Shown here: positions 30,395-39,706 of the stretch, in pieces
Layout of the letters: every line of letters begins with the position of its first letter
Numbering within the stretch: position 1 is the stretch's first letter
Source of the DNA: Candidatus Aenigmatarchaeota archaeon
GTDB taxonomy: Archaea; Aenigmatarchaeota; Aenigmatarchaeia; CG10238-14; SpSt-28
DNA length: 64,000 nt
Assembly (NCBI GenBank): GCA_038997165.1
Contig: JAWBAK010000001.1
Span: 192,001 to 256,000 of the forward strand
Reading direction: 5' to 3'
The notes under the pieces: model-generated
The model's input: the letters and a program-made list of their open reading frames with translations, nothing else
The model's database searches: none
What the model was told of the DNA's origin: nothing
Translations under genes and position numbers: made by a program

Positions 30395-31210
30395 ATGATA
30401 GCAGAGCAGAAAGTTTTAGATGCTTTAAAAACAATAGGTTTAAATCTATATGAAAGAAAGTTATATTTAGCACTTTTATTAAAAGGAAATGCAACAGCAG
30501 GAGAATTAGCAGAATTAACTCAAGTACCCAGATCAAGAACCTATGATACATTAGAGAGTTTAGCAGATAAAGGATTCGTAATTATACAACAAACAAGACC
30601 TGTAAGGTTTATAGCAATAGATCCAGAAGAAGCATTAGAAAGGTATAAAAAAAGATATGAAGAAAAAATAAGAGAAATGCAAAGAAGAATAGATGAATTA
30701 AAAAATAGTGAAATAATTAAAGAATTAAAGAAAGTATTTTCTGAAAGAATAAAAACAATTTCACCAGAAGAATTAACAGGAACTTTGAGAGGTTTAAAAT
30801 CTTTTTTTGATGAAATAGAAAATTCTTTAAAAACTGCTAAAAAATCTATAGAAATAGTTGCTGGTAGTGAAGTAATAAAAGAATTGTATGAAAGATTTGC
30901 TGATTTATTAGTTAAAGCCAAAGAAAAAAATGTTGATCTAAGATTTTTAGTTACAGATACTAAAGAATTCGAAACATTAAATGTATTAAAAGTTTTTGGA
31001 GAAGTAAAAACTATTGAAAAAGAAAAGTTGCCAATAGAGGGAAATATAATTATTGTTGATGATGAAAATGTAATAATGAGCTTAACAGATTTGAAAAACA
31101 TACCACCAAATCAAACATTAGCATTATGGACAAAAAGCGAAGTTGTTACTAAAAATTTAATTAAACCAATTATCGAAGTTGCTTGGAGAGAATATTCTAA
31201 AAGCATTTAA
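30395..31210 (+). CDS. TrmB-family transcriptional regulator
   Basis: GLNLYERKLYLALL and VPRSRTYDTLESLADKGF; PLD-like C-terminal domain with IVD. Confidence 0.92.
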   Translation: MIAEQKVLDALKTIGLNLYERKLYLALLLKGNATAGELAELTQVPRSRTYDTLESLADKGFVIIQQTRPVRFIAIDPEEALERYKKRYEEKIREMQRRIDELKNSEIIKELKKVFSERIKTISPEELTGTLRGLKSFFDEIENSLKTAKKSIEIVAGSEVIKELYERFADLLVKAKEKNVDLRFLVTDTKEFETLNVLKVFGEVKTIEKEKLPIEGNIIIVDDENVIMSLTDLKNIPPNQTLALWTKSEVVTKNLIKPIIEVAWREYSKSI

Positions 31211-31216
31211 TTCTTT

Positions 31217-32173
31217 ATGTTTTCTTTTTTTAAGAAAAAAATAGAGGAATTTGTAAATAAATTTTCTAAAAAAGTTAAAGAAAAAGCTAAAAAAATAGAG
31301 GAAAAAATAAAATATATTGAAATTAAAGATGAAGATATAAAAGATTTTTTAGAAGAATTAGAAACTAATTTAATAGAAAGCGATTGTAACTATTCTGTAA
31401 CTCAAAAGATTATAAATGATATTAGAAAAAATTTAATAGGGAAAAAAATTGAAAGAAAAAATGTTAAAAAAGAAATTCTTAAACTTATTGAAAAAAGTTT
31501 AGAGGAAATTTTAAGTTACGGAGAATTAAAAGATTTTGAAAAAAGTTTAGAGGAAATTGAAAAGAAGCCTATATTAATTCTCTTTTTTGGATTTAATGGT
31601 AGTGGAAAAACAACAACAATTGCTAAGATTGCAAAAAGATTATCTAAAAAATATAAGGTTTTAATGGTGGCTGCAGATACATTTAGATCTGCAGCTATAG
31701 AGCAATTAGAAGAATGGGGCAAAAGATTAAATATAGAAGTTTTTAAAAAATCTTATGGAATAGATCCAGCAGCAGTAATTTACGAAGCAAAACAATATGC
31801 CATAAAAAATAATTTTGATATACTTCTTGCAGATACAGCAGGTAGAAGCCACACTAATAAAAATTTAATGGACGAGCTTTCAAAAATTGTAAGAGTAAAT
31901 AATCCAGATATTAAAATCTTAGTATTAGATTCATTAACAGGAAACGATATAGTAAATCAATTTGATTTTTTTAATAAAATTGCGAAAATAGATTATGTTA
32001 TATTTACGAAAATAGATGTTAATGAAAAGGGTGGAAATATTTTATCTATACTATATGAATTTAAAGTTCCAATTGCATATTTGGGGATTGGACAAAACGA
32101 AAACGATTTAGAAAAATTTGAAAAAGAAAAATTTATAAAAAATTTTTTAGAATTTAATTCCGAATCTTCTTAA
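31217..32173 (+). CDS. ftsY: SRP receptor FtsY
   Basis: GFNGSGKTTTIAK, ADTFRSAA, DTAGR, TKID and GIGQ. Confidence 0.96.
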   Translation: MFSFFKKKIEEFVNKFSKKVKEKAKKIEEKIKYIEIKDEDIKDFLEELETNLIESDCNYSVTQKIINDIRKNLIGKKIERKNVKKEILKLIEKSLEEILSYGELKDFEKSLEEIEKKPILILFFGFNGSGKTTTIAKIAKRLSKKYKVLMVAADTFRSAAIEQLEEWGKRLNIEVFKKSYGIDPAAVIYEAKQYAIKNNFDILLADTAGRSHTNKNLMDELSKIVRVNNPDIKILVLDSLTGNDIVNQFDFFNKIAKIDYVIFTKIDVNEKGGNILSILYEFKVPIAYLGIGQNENDLEKFEKEKFIKNFLEFNSESS

Positions 32174-33442
32174 AATATTTGCAAATTGCTTATTTTGCAT
32201 TAACTTTCCATAATTTTTAATCAATTTTTGCATTTTTTTAAATGTCGATATTAACTCTCTAACTTCTTGCTCAGTTGTTCCACTACCTCTAGCAATTCTT
32301 TTTATTCTGCTTTCATTTATTATTTCTGGGTTTCTTCTTTCTTCTATAGTCATACTATAAATTATGTGCTTCCATTTTCTCATTTTTTCTTCTTGAAATT
32401 CAAAAATTTCTTCAGGTATAGAAATGCCAAGAAATGGTATATGTTTTGCTATAGATGCAAAAGAACCTAAATTTTGAATTGTTTGAATTTGTTTAAGAAA
32501 TTCCTCAAAATTAAATTCTTCTATCTCTATTTTATCTTTATCTTTTATTTCATTTTTAATTTTTTGAAGTAAAGAATTTAAATCACCCAAACCAAGCATT
32601 CTTGAAACAAATGATTTTGGATCATATTCTTCTATTGCATTTATTTTTTCCCCAAAAGTTATAAATTTAACTTTAGCATTTGTTACGCTACATGCATTTA
32701 ATGCTCCACCTGCCTTTGCTGTGCTATCCACTTTAGTAACTATTACTCCGGTAATTCCAACTAATTTATGAAATTCCTCTGCTTGTTTTTTTGCTATTTT
32801 TCCTATCTCTGCAGGTATTACTAATAAAATTTCCTCTGGCTTAATAATTTCGGCTAGTTTTTTTAATTCATCTGCTAATTCTTTATTTAGAACATCCCTA
32901 CCAGCTGTATCATAGATTATAATATCATATTTTTTAAATTCTAAACTCTTTTTTGCTGTTTCGTATTGATCTTTATCAACAAAAAAATCTACATGAATAT
33001 TTTCTGCTAACTGTTTTAATTGATCAATAGCAGCTGGTCTATGAAAATCTAATGAAACTAAAAGGGGTTTCAAACCTCTTTTTTGAAAATAATAAGCTAA
33101 TTTAGCTGCTGTTGTTGTTTTTCCGCTACCATATAAACCGACTAACATTATTCTTTTCTTTCCAATTAAACTTGATTTTTCTTTACCTAAAATTTCAACT
33201 AATTTATCATATAGAACTTTTATTAAAAATTCTCTATAGGTTAAACCAGCAGGTATTTCAGATTTTTTAATTTCTTTTTTTATATCTAATAAAATTTTAT
33301 TAACGATACTTAAGTCAACATCACTTTCAATTAGAACTATTTTGAATTCATTTAATATTTCATCTATAGTTTTTTCATCTAATTTAGAAGAATATATTTT
33401 CTTAGCTATATTTTCTATTTTTTTTGCTAAAAAACCGAACAT
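32147..33442 (-). CDS. srp54: Signal recognition particle protein SRP54
   Basis: GLYGSGKTTT, DTAGR and TKVDSTAKAGG; M-domain SMTIEER...RIKRIARGSG. Confidence 0.96.
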   Translation of the reverse strand: MFGFLAKKIENIAKKIYSSKLDEKTIDEILNEFKIVLIESDVDLSIVNKILLDIKKEIKKSEIPAGLTYREFLIKVLYDKLVEILGKEKSSLIGKKRIMLVGLYGSGKTTTAAKLAYYFQKRGLKPLLVSLDFHRPAAIDQLKQLAENIHVDFFVDKDQYETAKKSLEFKKYDIIIYDTAGRDVLNKELADELKKLAEIIKPEEILLVIPAEIGKIAKKQAEEFHKLVGITGVIVTKVDSTAKAGGALNACSVTNAKVKFITFGEKINAIEEYDPKSFVSRMLGLGDLNSLLQKIKNEIKDKDKIEIEEFNFEEFLKQIQTIQNLGSFASIAKHIPFLGISIPEEIFEFQEEKMRKWKHIIYSMTIEERRNPEIINESRIKRIARGSGTTEQEVRELISTFKKMQKLIKNYGKLMQNKQFANILRRFGIKF

Positions 33443-33470
33443 AAATATTTATCTTTTACCTAAATTATTT

Positions 33471-33594
33471 GTGGGTGGCGACCAAAGCGGCTGGGAACCA
33501 CCCGTACCCATACCGAACACGGAAGTGAAACCAGCCAGCGTACTTCCGAGTACTGCAGCGTATGCTGCGGGAAAGGAAGTGCGTCGCCACCCAC
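33471..33594 (+). rRNA. rrf: 5S rRNA (stand-alone)
   Basis: Terminal helix GTGGGTGGCGAC/GTCGCCACCCAC and the conserved CCCGTACCCATACCGAACACGGAAGTGAA. Confidence 0.96.
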
Positions 33595-33761
33595 TTTATT
33601 CATATAATTTATAAACTAAATAAAAATTTTTGATTGTACTTTCATGTATTCGATATTGTATTTTTTTATAAAAGTTGTTTTTACAAATTAAGAGAATAAA
33701 AATTCAAAAATATATACTACTTAACTATCCTCTTGATAAAGATGTGAAATTATAAGAAGAA

Positions 33762-34163
33762 TTAAAAAAAGAAATTAATTATTTTCTTTTTTGGATTTTG
33801 ATAATGAAAGAACAAATGACTTTCACAATTACAATCACTACAACCAAATTTTGGAATAGATTCTAAACATATTTTACTTATCTTTTCTGCCAGTTTGCAC
33901 TCATCATTTTTAAACTTTATAACATCAATTATTTCTACTTCAGGACTTACTAATAAATAATCTATATGCCATTTTAATTTTCCTTTTTTCGTTCTATTTA
34001 AAATAAAATATCTTCTTATTCTATCTTCTATTTCTAAATTTTTTCCATTTGCACTACCAACATAACAGTAATATCCTTTTTTGAATTCCACTTCTCCCAA
34101 TTTTCCAACTCTAGTTTTAAAGTTATCTTTTACTTTTATAATTAGAACATATGAACCTTTCAT
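33762..34163 (-). CDS. DUF123 GIY-YIG-like nuclease
   Basis: KGSYVL, GYYCYVGSA, WHIDYL and FGCSDCNCESHL. Confidence 0.9.
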   Translation of the reverse strand: MKGSYVLIIKVKDNFKTRVGKLGEVEFKKGYYCYVGSANGKNLEIEDRIRRYFILNRTKKGKLKWHIDYLLVSPEVEIIDVIKFKNDECKLAEKISKICLESIPKFGCSDCNCESHLFFHYQNPKKKIINFFF

Positions 34164-34214
34164 AACTAAAATATTTTTAATATTTCGATTTTATATTATA
34201 ATGCCATAGTTATT

Positions 34215-34299
34215 GCCCCGGTCGTCTAGTGGTCTAGGATGGCGGCCTGTCAACTCATGCAGAACGCCGCAGACCCGGGTTCGAATCCCGGCCGGGGCG
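34215..34299 (+). tRNA. tRNA-Asp(GTC) with 12-nt intron at 37/38 (34253..34264)
   Basis: Acceptor stem GCCCCGG/CCGGGGC; anticodon arm GCGGC-CTGTCA[ACTCATGCAGAA]C-GCCGC; T loop TTCGAAT. Confidence 0.93.
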
Positions 34300-34487
34300 T
34301 TTAAACTCTAAACTTTTAAGGTGTTTTCAAACTCTAATTCTCAAAAAATAAAAATAAAGGAAAAATAAATCTAGCTTAATACTTTACTAAAATTTTTGAT
34401 ATATTATATTACTATTAGAATTGCTCTTCATTTTTTCTTCTTTCTTGGCATAATCATTTATTAATAAAAATAAATAAATATTTTTTA

Positions 34488-34703
34488 ATGATGAAATCAA
34501 AAATAAACAAATTAGAAAAAATTGAAGATCTTATTATTAAGTTAATTTTAATATTTGCAATACTTATTATAGTTGGTATTCTAATTTCATTAAACAACAA
34601 AACTGTTGCTTTTTGGATAACCTCTGTTAGCTCTATACTTTTATTCTTTTCTATTTTTGCACTAATGATTGTTATCTTCCTAAAAGAATTTAAAAGAAAA
34701 TAA
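34488..34703 (+). CDS. Small 2-TM membrane protein
   Basis: Two hydrophobic helices with basic termini. Confidence 0.65.
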   Translation: MMKSKINKLEKIEDLIIKLILIFAILIIVGILISLNNKTVAFWITSVSSILLFFSIFALMIVIFLKEFKRK

Positions 34704-34724
34704 ATATTTTTTTAATGAAATATT

Positions 34725-35129
34725 ATGAAATTCAAACCAAAGTACTCTAAAGAGGAAGTAGAAAAATTAGTTATAAAATTAGCTAAAGAAGGGTATATGC
34801 CATCAATGATTGGCCTAATTCTTAGAGATTCTTATGGAATTCCAAATGTAAAAGAAATTGTTGGTAAAAGTATTCTTCAAATTTTAGAAAAAAATGATAT
34901 AAAGTTAGAAATACCAGAAGATTTGTTAAATTTAATGAAAAGAGCAGTAAAACTTAGAGAACATCTCTCAATTCATAAAAAGGATAAGAGTTCCCAAAGA
35001 GGATTAATATTAATTGAATCTAAAATAAGAAGTTTAGAAAAATATTATAAAAGAGTTGGAAAATTACCAAAAGATTGGAAATACGAACCAGAAACAGCAA
35101 AAATTATTGTACAAAAATATTTGAAATAG
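34725..35129 (+). CDS. rps15: 30S ribosomal protein uS15 (N-terminally short)
   Basis: [31 protein letters not shown] and WKY. Confidence 0.96.
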   Translation: MKFKPKYSKEEVEKLVIKLAKEGYMPSMIGLILRDSYGIPNVKEIVGKSILQILEKNDIKLEIPEDLLNLMKRAVKLREHLSIHKKDKSSQRGLILIESKIRSLEKYYKRVGKLPKDWKYEPETAKIIVQKYLK

Positions 35130-35130
35130 T

Positions 35131-35694
35131 ATGAAAGAGAAAAAACAACTTTTTAGAGTAAAATTGCTAGCAAGTGAAGAATTTGAAAATAAAGAAATAT
35201 CAGATACTTTTTGTAGTGATTATTCTTTTTTAATTAATAGGAGATTTTGTCTAAATTTATCTGAATTAATAGATACAAATAAATTTCAATATAAAATTTG
35301 GTTCAGAATTTTTAAAGTAGAAAATGGAATTGCATATTCAAAATTTGATGGTGTAGAAACATTAAGAGAAAGAATATATAGTGCAATATTTCCTGGAATA
35401 AAAGTTATAAGAGTTTATGTAAATGCGATGACAAAAGAAAAAATACCATTTAGATTTAAATTTGTTCTAACATTTAAAAAGATAAAAGGAAAACAAGAAA
35501 AGGCTATAAGAAAAATTATTGAAGAGAATTTAAACAAAATTGTTTCAGAATTAACTATAAAAGAATTGATTAACAATATGATTATTAAAAACACTATTTT
35601 TAAAAAATTGGAAAAAGAAATTAAAAAGATTGCAATCCCACTATTTTTTGAAATAATAAAAATAGAAAGAAAAGAGAAGCCTATTACTTCCTAA
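35131..35694 (+). CDS. rps3ae: 30S ribosomal protein eS1 (S3Ae), divergent
   Basis: Follows rps15 as in the conserved pair; LINRR...LSEL, IRKII and IKKIAIPL..EIIK. Confidence 0.7.
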   Translation: MKEKKQLFRVKLLASEEFENKEISDTFCSDYSFLINRRFCLNLSELIDTNKFQYKIWFRIFKVENGIAYSKFDGVETLRERIYSAIFPGIKVIRVYVNAMTKEKIPFRFKFVLTFKKIKGKQEKAIRKIIEENLNKIVSELTIKELINNMIIKNTIFKKLEKEIKKIAIPLFFEIIKIERKEKPITS

Positions 35695-36813
35695 TCAGAT
35701 TTTTAAAATAAATTTAAAAAGTAAAATCATTATCAAAAAAATAGTAAAAAATGACAAAAAATTAAAAATTATTTCCCCTCTTTTTTTAAATTTGTTTTTT
35801 AGTAACTCTTCAAAAAACATTCCACCATCTAAAGGTTTAATAGGAAGTAAATTAAACATACCGATACCAACATTCAGCAAAAATAACCAAAAAAGAAATT
35901 CTCTAAAAACTATAAAAAATTGAATTATCCTCGATAAAAATTTTTCTGCAAATAAATTTTTTGGATAATATGCATTTTGAATGTTTTTTATTCCTATTTT
36001 TGAGTTTTCATCTAATGTAATGTTATAAACTCCTGTTGTTGTATGAATAGTTATGGTTTGATTTGGGTTGAATGTTTTAGAAACGCGAATTAAATCGTTT
36101 ACGTCATTAATTTCTATATCATTAATTTTTAATATTATACCTGTTAAGTTTGAATAAAATGCTGGAGAATTTTCTATAATTTCATATTTTATGCCCCGAA
36201 AATTAGAAATTATTATAAAATTAAATAAAAGTAAAAAAAGGTATGCAAATAGAGCAACCAAAAAATTTCCAAAAGATCCAGAAGAATATATTTTCAATTT
36301 CGTTTTTAATTCAGCTCTTCTCAATTTTTTTTCATCTATTTCAACGAAAAATGCTGGTAAAATTAGTAAAAAAGCATACCCCATTGATTTTACTTTTATT
36401 CTATTACTTAATGCTAATAATGCATGTGCCAATTCATGAGAAATTGCAATAATAGGAACTATTAAAAACCAAAAATAAGCTGGAACGCATAAAATAAAAG
36501 AGGATGAACATAAACCTGGTAATGATGGTAATACTACTTGAACTGGTGCAACTCTAATTGGTATTGTCAATTGATAAAAAATTGTATATAAAAAAATGGA
36601 AAAAGAAATAAAAACAGAAAATATTGCTATTAAACCTAGAATATTTAAAATTTTAGAATATTTTAAAGCAATGTTTTCTACTATATCATTTAATTTTTTT
36701 GTTCTTCTTAAAAATATTATTTTATTTTGTATTTCAATATTTTTTCTATCTAAAAATATAAAAATAGCTATTAAAATTATTAGACTTATACCTATTACTT
36801 CATTAATATCCAT
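35695..36813 (-). CDS. Site-2 protease (M50) with PDZ domain
   Basis: HELAH and NLLPIKPLDGG motifs with an internal PDZ-like segment. Confidence 0.94.
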   Translation of the reverse strand: MDINEVIGISLIILIAIFIFLDRKNIEIQNKIIFLRRTKKLNDIVENIALKYSKILNILGLIAIFSVFISFSIFLYTIFYQLTIPIRVAPVQVVLPSLPGLCSSSFILCVPAYFWFLIVPIIAISHELAHALLALSNRIKVKSMGYAFLLILPAFFVEIDEKKLRRAELKTKLKIYSSGSFGNFLVALFAYLFLLLFNFIIISNFRGIKYEIIENSPAFYSNLTGIILKINDIEINDVNDLIRVSKTFNPNQTITIHTTTGVYNITLDENSKIGIKNIQNAYYPKNLFAEKFLSRIIQFFIVFREFLFWLFLLNVGIGMFNLLPIKPLDGGMFFEELLKNKFKKRGEIIFNFLSFFTIFLIMILLFKFILKI

Positions 36814-36845
36814 AAACTTATCATAAAAATTTTTTAAATTATTAT

Positions 36846-36931
36846 GCGGGGGTCGCCTAGCCTGGACAATGGCGTCGGGTTTAGGCCCCGATGGCTTAGT
36901 GCCTTCGTGGGTTCAAATCCCACCCCCCGCA
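36846..36931 (+). tRNA. tRNA-Leu(TAG)
   Basis: Acceptor stem GCGGGGG/CCCCCGC, anticodon arm TCGGG-TTTAGGC-CCCGA and a long variable arm. Confidence 0.95.
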
Positions 36932-37026
36932 ATTTTATCAAATTTTACTATTTTTACTATTCGAAACCTAAATCCTATTGAAATCAATTAAAAATATTAG
37001 AAGTTTTTTTAGGTTACTTAAAAATT

Positions 37027-38079
37027 CTAAACTATCACACTATCTTTTTTATTATCTATTTTTTGTTTTTCAAATTTAAGTATTCTATGAATTTCCTCTA
37101 TAAAATCACAAACTTCTTTAACATGACAATATGGACAAACCACTTTTCTAAAATTTGGTAAACTACTCATAGGAGGTATTCTTCTTAAAAATAAATTTTT
37201 CTTAACAGATCTTAACAAACTCAAAATTAATTTTCTGTCTTCGTCAGTAATTTTAATTTTGAAAACTTTTCTATTATTTAAACTTAATAACATAACTTCT
37301 TTTATTTCTTTTCTAAAATATGCTTCAGCAACAAAAGCTTCTCCAGCAAGCTGAACTTTTAAGCCTTTTTTAATTTTTTTAACATTTGTTTTAATCTCAA
37401 TTGGTAATATTTCATTGTCTTGAGTAACTGCAATAATATCTGGAGTACCAATAATTCCATATTTAATAGAAATTAGTAGAGGTTCTGAAATTATATATTT
37501 AAGATTTAATTTTTTTATTAAATTATCAATAGAAAACAATATTTTTCTAATATCAGCACTATTAATCTTAACTTTTCCCCTATATTTTTCTAAAACGTTC
37601 TCACTTACTAATGAAATCAAAATATCTAAATTATAAGAATACTTATTGTAATTTTTTATAAAATCGCTAATAGATTTATGAAAAACCTCACCCTCATAAC
37701 TTTTTTGTTCTTTTTTTTGTTTGGAATGAACAACCTTCTCTAAAAAAAATCTTCTTTGACATTGAAAAAATTTAGAAATTTCTAAAGATGTTAAAAATAT
37801 CTTTTTTGAAAGTTTATTCAATTTATTTTTAGCATACTCAATTAATTCTTTCTTATATTCTTCGGAAAACAATTCATTTTTTTGAATTTCGTTAGCATTT
37901 GAAATTATTTTTTCGTCTTTAGATAATTTTTGTAAAAGCAAAAATAATATATCTGAAGTATAAATCTCGTTATTTAAAAACTCGAAAATAATTTCATCTA
38001 TTGTTTTTCTTCCGATAAAATTTAATATATCAACGCTTTTTTCTAAATCCTTTTCATTTATTTCTATTTTTAATTTCAT
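37027..38079 (-). CDS. Solo Cas4-like PD-(D/E)xK nuclease with N-terminal extension
   Basis: FQCQRR, G..H, GTPDII, PIEIKT, QLAGE and CPYC...C (four-Cys Fe-S set). Confidence 0.85.
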   Translation of the reverse strand: MKLKIEINEKDLEKSVDILNFIGRKTIDEIIFEFLNNEIYTSDILFLLLQKLSKDEKIISNANEIQKNELFSEEYKKELIEYAKNKLNKLSKKIFLTSLEISKFFQCQRRFFLEKVVHSKQKKEQKSYEGEVFHKSISDFIKNYNKYSYNLDILISLVSENVLEKYRGKVKINSADIRKILFSIDNLIKKLNLKYIISEPLLISIKYGIIGTPDIIAVTQDNEILPIEIKTNVKKIKKGLKVQLAGEAFVAEAYFRKEIKEVMLLSLNNRKVFKIKITDEDRKLILSLLRSVKKNLFLRRIPPMSSLPNFRKVVCPYCHVKEVCDFIEEIHRILKFEKQKIDNKKDSVIV

Positions 38080-38230
38080 TCTTTAACCACTTATGAACTT
38101 TTAATGATCTATTCATTAAAAAATTTTTTTCACATTTTGAAGAGCAAAAAAAGTAAATTTTTCCAAAAGAAGTAACATACATTTTTCCTGTTCCAAGTTT
38201 TATTTCTGAATTACAAAAACTACATTTCAT
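38054..38230 (-). CDS. rpl24e: 50S ribosomal protein eL24 (58 aa, not in ORF track)
   Basis: [19 protein letters not shown]...[12 protein letters not shown]...KW. Confidence 0.95.
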   Translation of the reverse strand: MKCSFCNSEIKLGTGKMYVTSFGKIYFFCSSKCEKNFLMNRSLKVHKWLKNEIKNRNK

Positions 38231-38433
38231 CTTTCTTCAATTTTTTCTTCGGATTCCATTTCAACCTCTTTTAATAATATTATATCTCCAATTCTTATTG
38301 GTCCACTAACATTTCTAATTACTATAGATCCTTTTTCCTTTCCTTCCAGTATTTTGCACTTAACTTGAGTAATTCCTTTTGAACTTGTCCTTCCTATAAT
38401 TTCAATAACTTCTGCTGGATATACCTCTGTCAT
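38227..38433 (-). CDS. rps28e: 30S ribosomal protein eS28
   Basis: [10 protein letters not shown] and [13 protein letters not shown]. Confidence 0.96.
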   Translation of the reverse strand: MTEVYPAEVIEIIGRTSSKGITQVKCKILEGKEKGSIVIRNVSGPIRIGDIILLKEVEMESEEKIEER

Positions 38434-38442
38434 ATTTTAAAT

Positions 38443-38817
38443 TTATTTTTGATGTGTATTATTTTTTATCCAAGAAATTATTTCGTCAAATAATTTTTTT
38501 CCTTCACCAGCATCTATAATACATGCACTTGCTGCCGAAACTTGAATACCAGCAGCTCTTCCTAAATCCTCTTTATTTTTTACATATATGTATGGAACTT
38601 TTTTCTCTTCACATAATAATGGTAAGTGCATTACTATTTCTTCTGGATCTACATTCATAGCAATAATAACTAATTTTGCTTGTCCTCTTTCTATTGCTTT
38701 TGTAACTTCATTTGTTCCCTTCTTAATTTTTCCTGTTGATCTTGCTACTTCTACCAATTTTAATGTTTTTTCTTGCACTTCTTCTGGTACTTCAAACTTT
38801 ACATATTTAGGTGCCAT
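38443..38817 (-). CDS. rpl7ae: Ribosomal/K-turn-binding protein L7Ae
   Basis: [14 protein letters not shown] and HLPLLCEEK. Confidence 0.98.
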   Translation of the reverse strand: MAPKYVKFEVPEEVQEKTLKLVEVARSTGKIKKGTNEVTKAIERGQAKLVIIAMNVDPEEIVMHLPLLCEEKKVPYIYVKNKEDLGRAAGIQVSAASACIIDAGEGKKLFDEIISWIKNNTHQK

Positions 38818-38860
38818 AGAAAATATAGAAAAACAAAAATATTTATAAATATTTAATTAT

Positions 38861-39427
38861 CTAATTAGTACTTGTATATCTGAAACAAGAAGAAGCATTT
38901 AATATATCATTTACAAAGGTTAGATATTTTGTTTGGTTCAATAAATCTCTGCACTTCCAAGCATCACTAATTAACTCTTTATAAATTCCATTTAATTTTT
39001 CATTAATAGAACCATTAATAATACTCCATTCATACATTCCATTTTTACTTTTTACTCTTAGTATTGAACCTTCAGGACTTTCTATTTTTTCACAAGCTCT
39101 TTCGCTAACTTGAATATAATTTCGAGAAATTTTATCATTTAATTCAAAAATATATGTAATATTTGGTAAGTTATATAAGATTTTAAAATAATTTACAGAA
39201 AATATTATTTCAATCTCTGTACCAGCATTATTTATCTTTTCTATACAATGTGTTGAATTTAGAATTTTATAATAAGTTGCTGGTTCTGTTCTTGTATAGT
39301 TTGTAAAATTAAAAAGTAGTCCTTGTGAAAAATAGTTAGAAATATTTTTATCTGCAGAAAAATAAATACCTGAAAGAGTTAGAGAAGATAAAATAACATA
39401 TACTAATAAATCTTTTAATGATATCAT
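38861..39427 (-). CDS. Secreted/membrane-anchored hypothetical protein
   Basis: N-terminal hydrophobic helix, many NxS/T sequons and four Cys. Confidence 0.65.
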   Translation of the reverse strand: MISLKDLLVYVILSSLTLSGIYFSADKNISNYFSQGLLFNFTNYTRTEPATYYKILNSTHCIEKINNAGTEIEIIFSVNYFKILYNLPNITYIFELNDKISRNYIQVSERACEKIESPEGSILRVKSKNGMYEWSIINGSINEKLNGIYKELISDAWKCRDLLNQTKYLTFVNDILNASSCFRYTSTN

Positions 39428-39487
39428 AAATGATTGATAAAGAATGTGCTATATTATTTATTAATTTCTATAAAAAACTATATATTC

Positions 39488-39706
39488 ATGAAAAAATTTT
39501 TTAGTATAAATTATTTTAAAAAACTTGCAAAAGATGTTGGTATAAAAAGAGTATCTTATGATGCTGCAAAAGAATTAGCTATAATTTTGCAAGAAAAAGT
39601 TAGTGAAGTATTAACTACTGCAAGCGAAATTGCAAAACATGCAAAAAGAAATACTATTTTTAAAGAAGATATAAAGATTGCACTAAAAAAACTAAATTTA
39701 AAATGA
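39488..39706 (+). CDS. Archaeal histone
   Basis: KRVSYDAA...AKHAKRNTIFKEDIKIA (R-T-D clamp). ATG at 39488. Confidence 0.92.
   Translation: MKKFFSINYFKKLAKDVGIKRVSYDAAKELAIILQEKVSEVLTTASEIAKHAKRNTIFKEDIKIALKKLNLK

Noticed and set aside
33342..33614. 90-aa ORF
   Set aside because: It overlaps the srp54 start and the 5S rRNA; the translation is an artefact of the rRNA sequence.
33595..33761. SRP RNA or other ncRNA next to 5S/srp54
   Set aside because: The region is AT-rich and unstructured, unlike the GC-rich structural RNAs of this genome.
36846..38079. Integrated element at tRNA-Leu carrying cas4
   Set aside because: No integrase and no duplicated tRNA 3' end (att site) were seen, and cas4 is coupled to r-protein genes.
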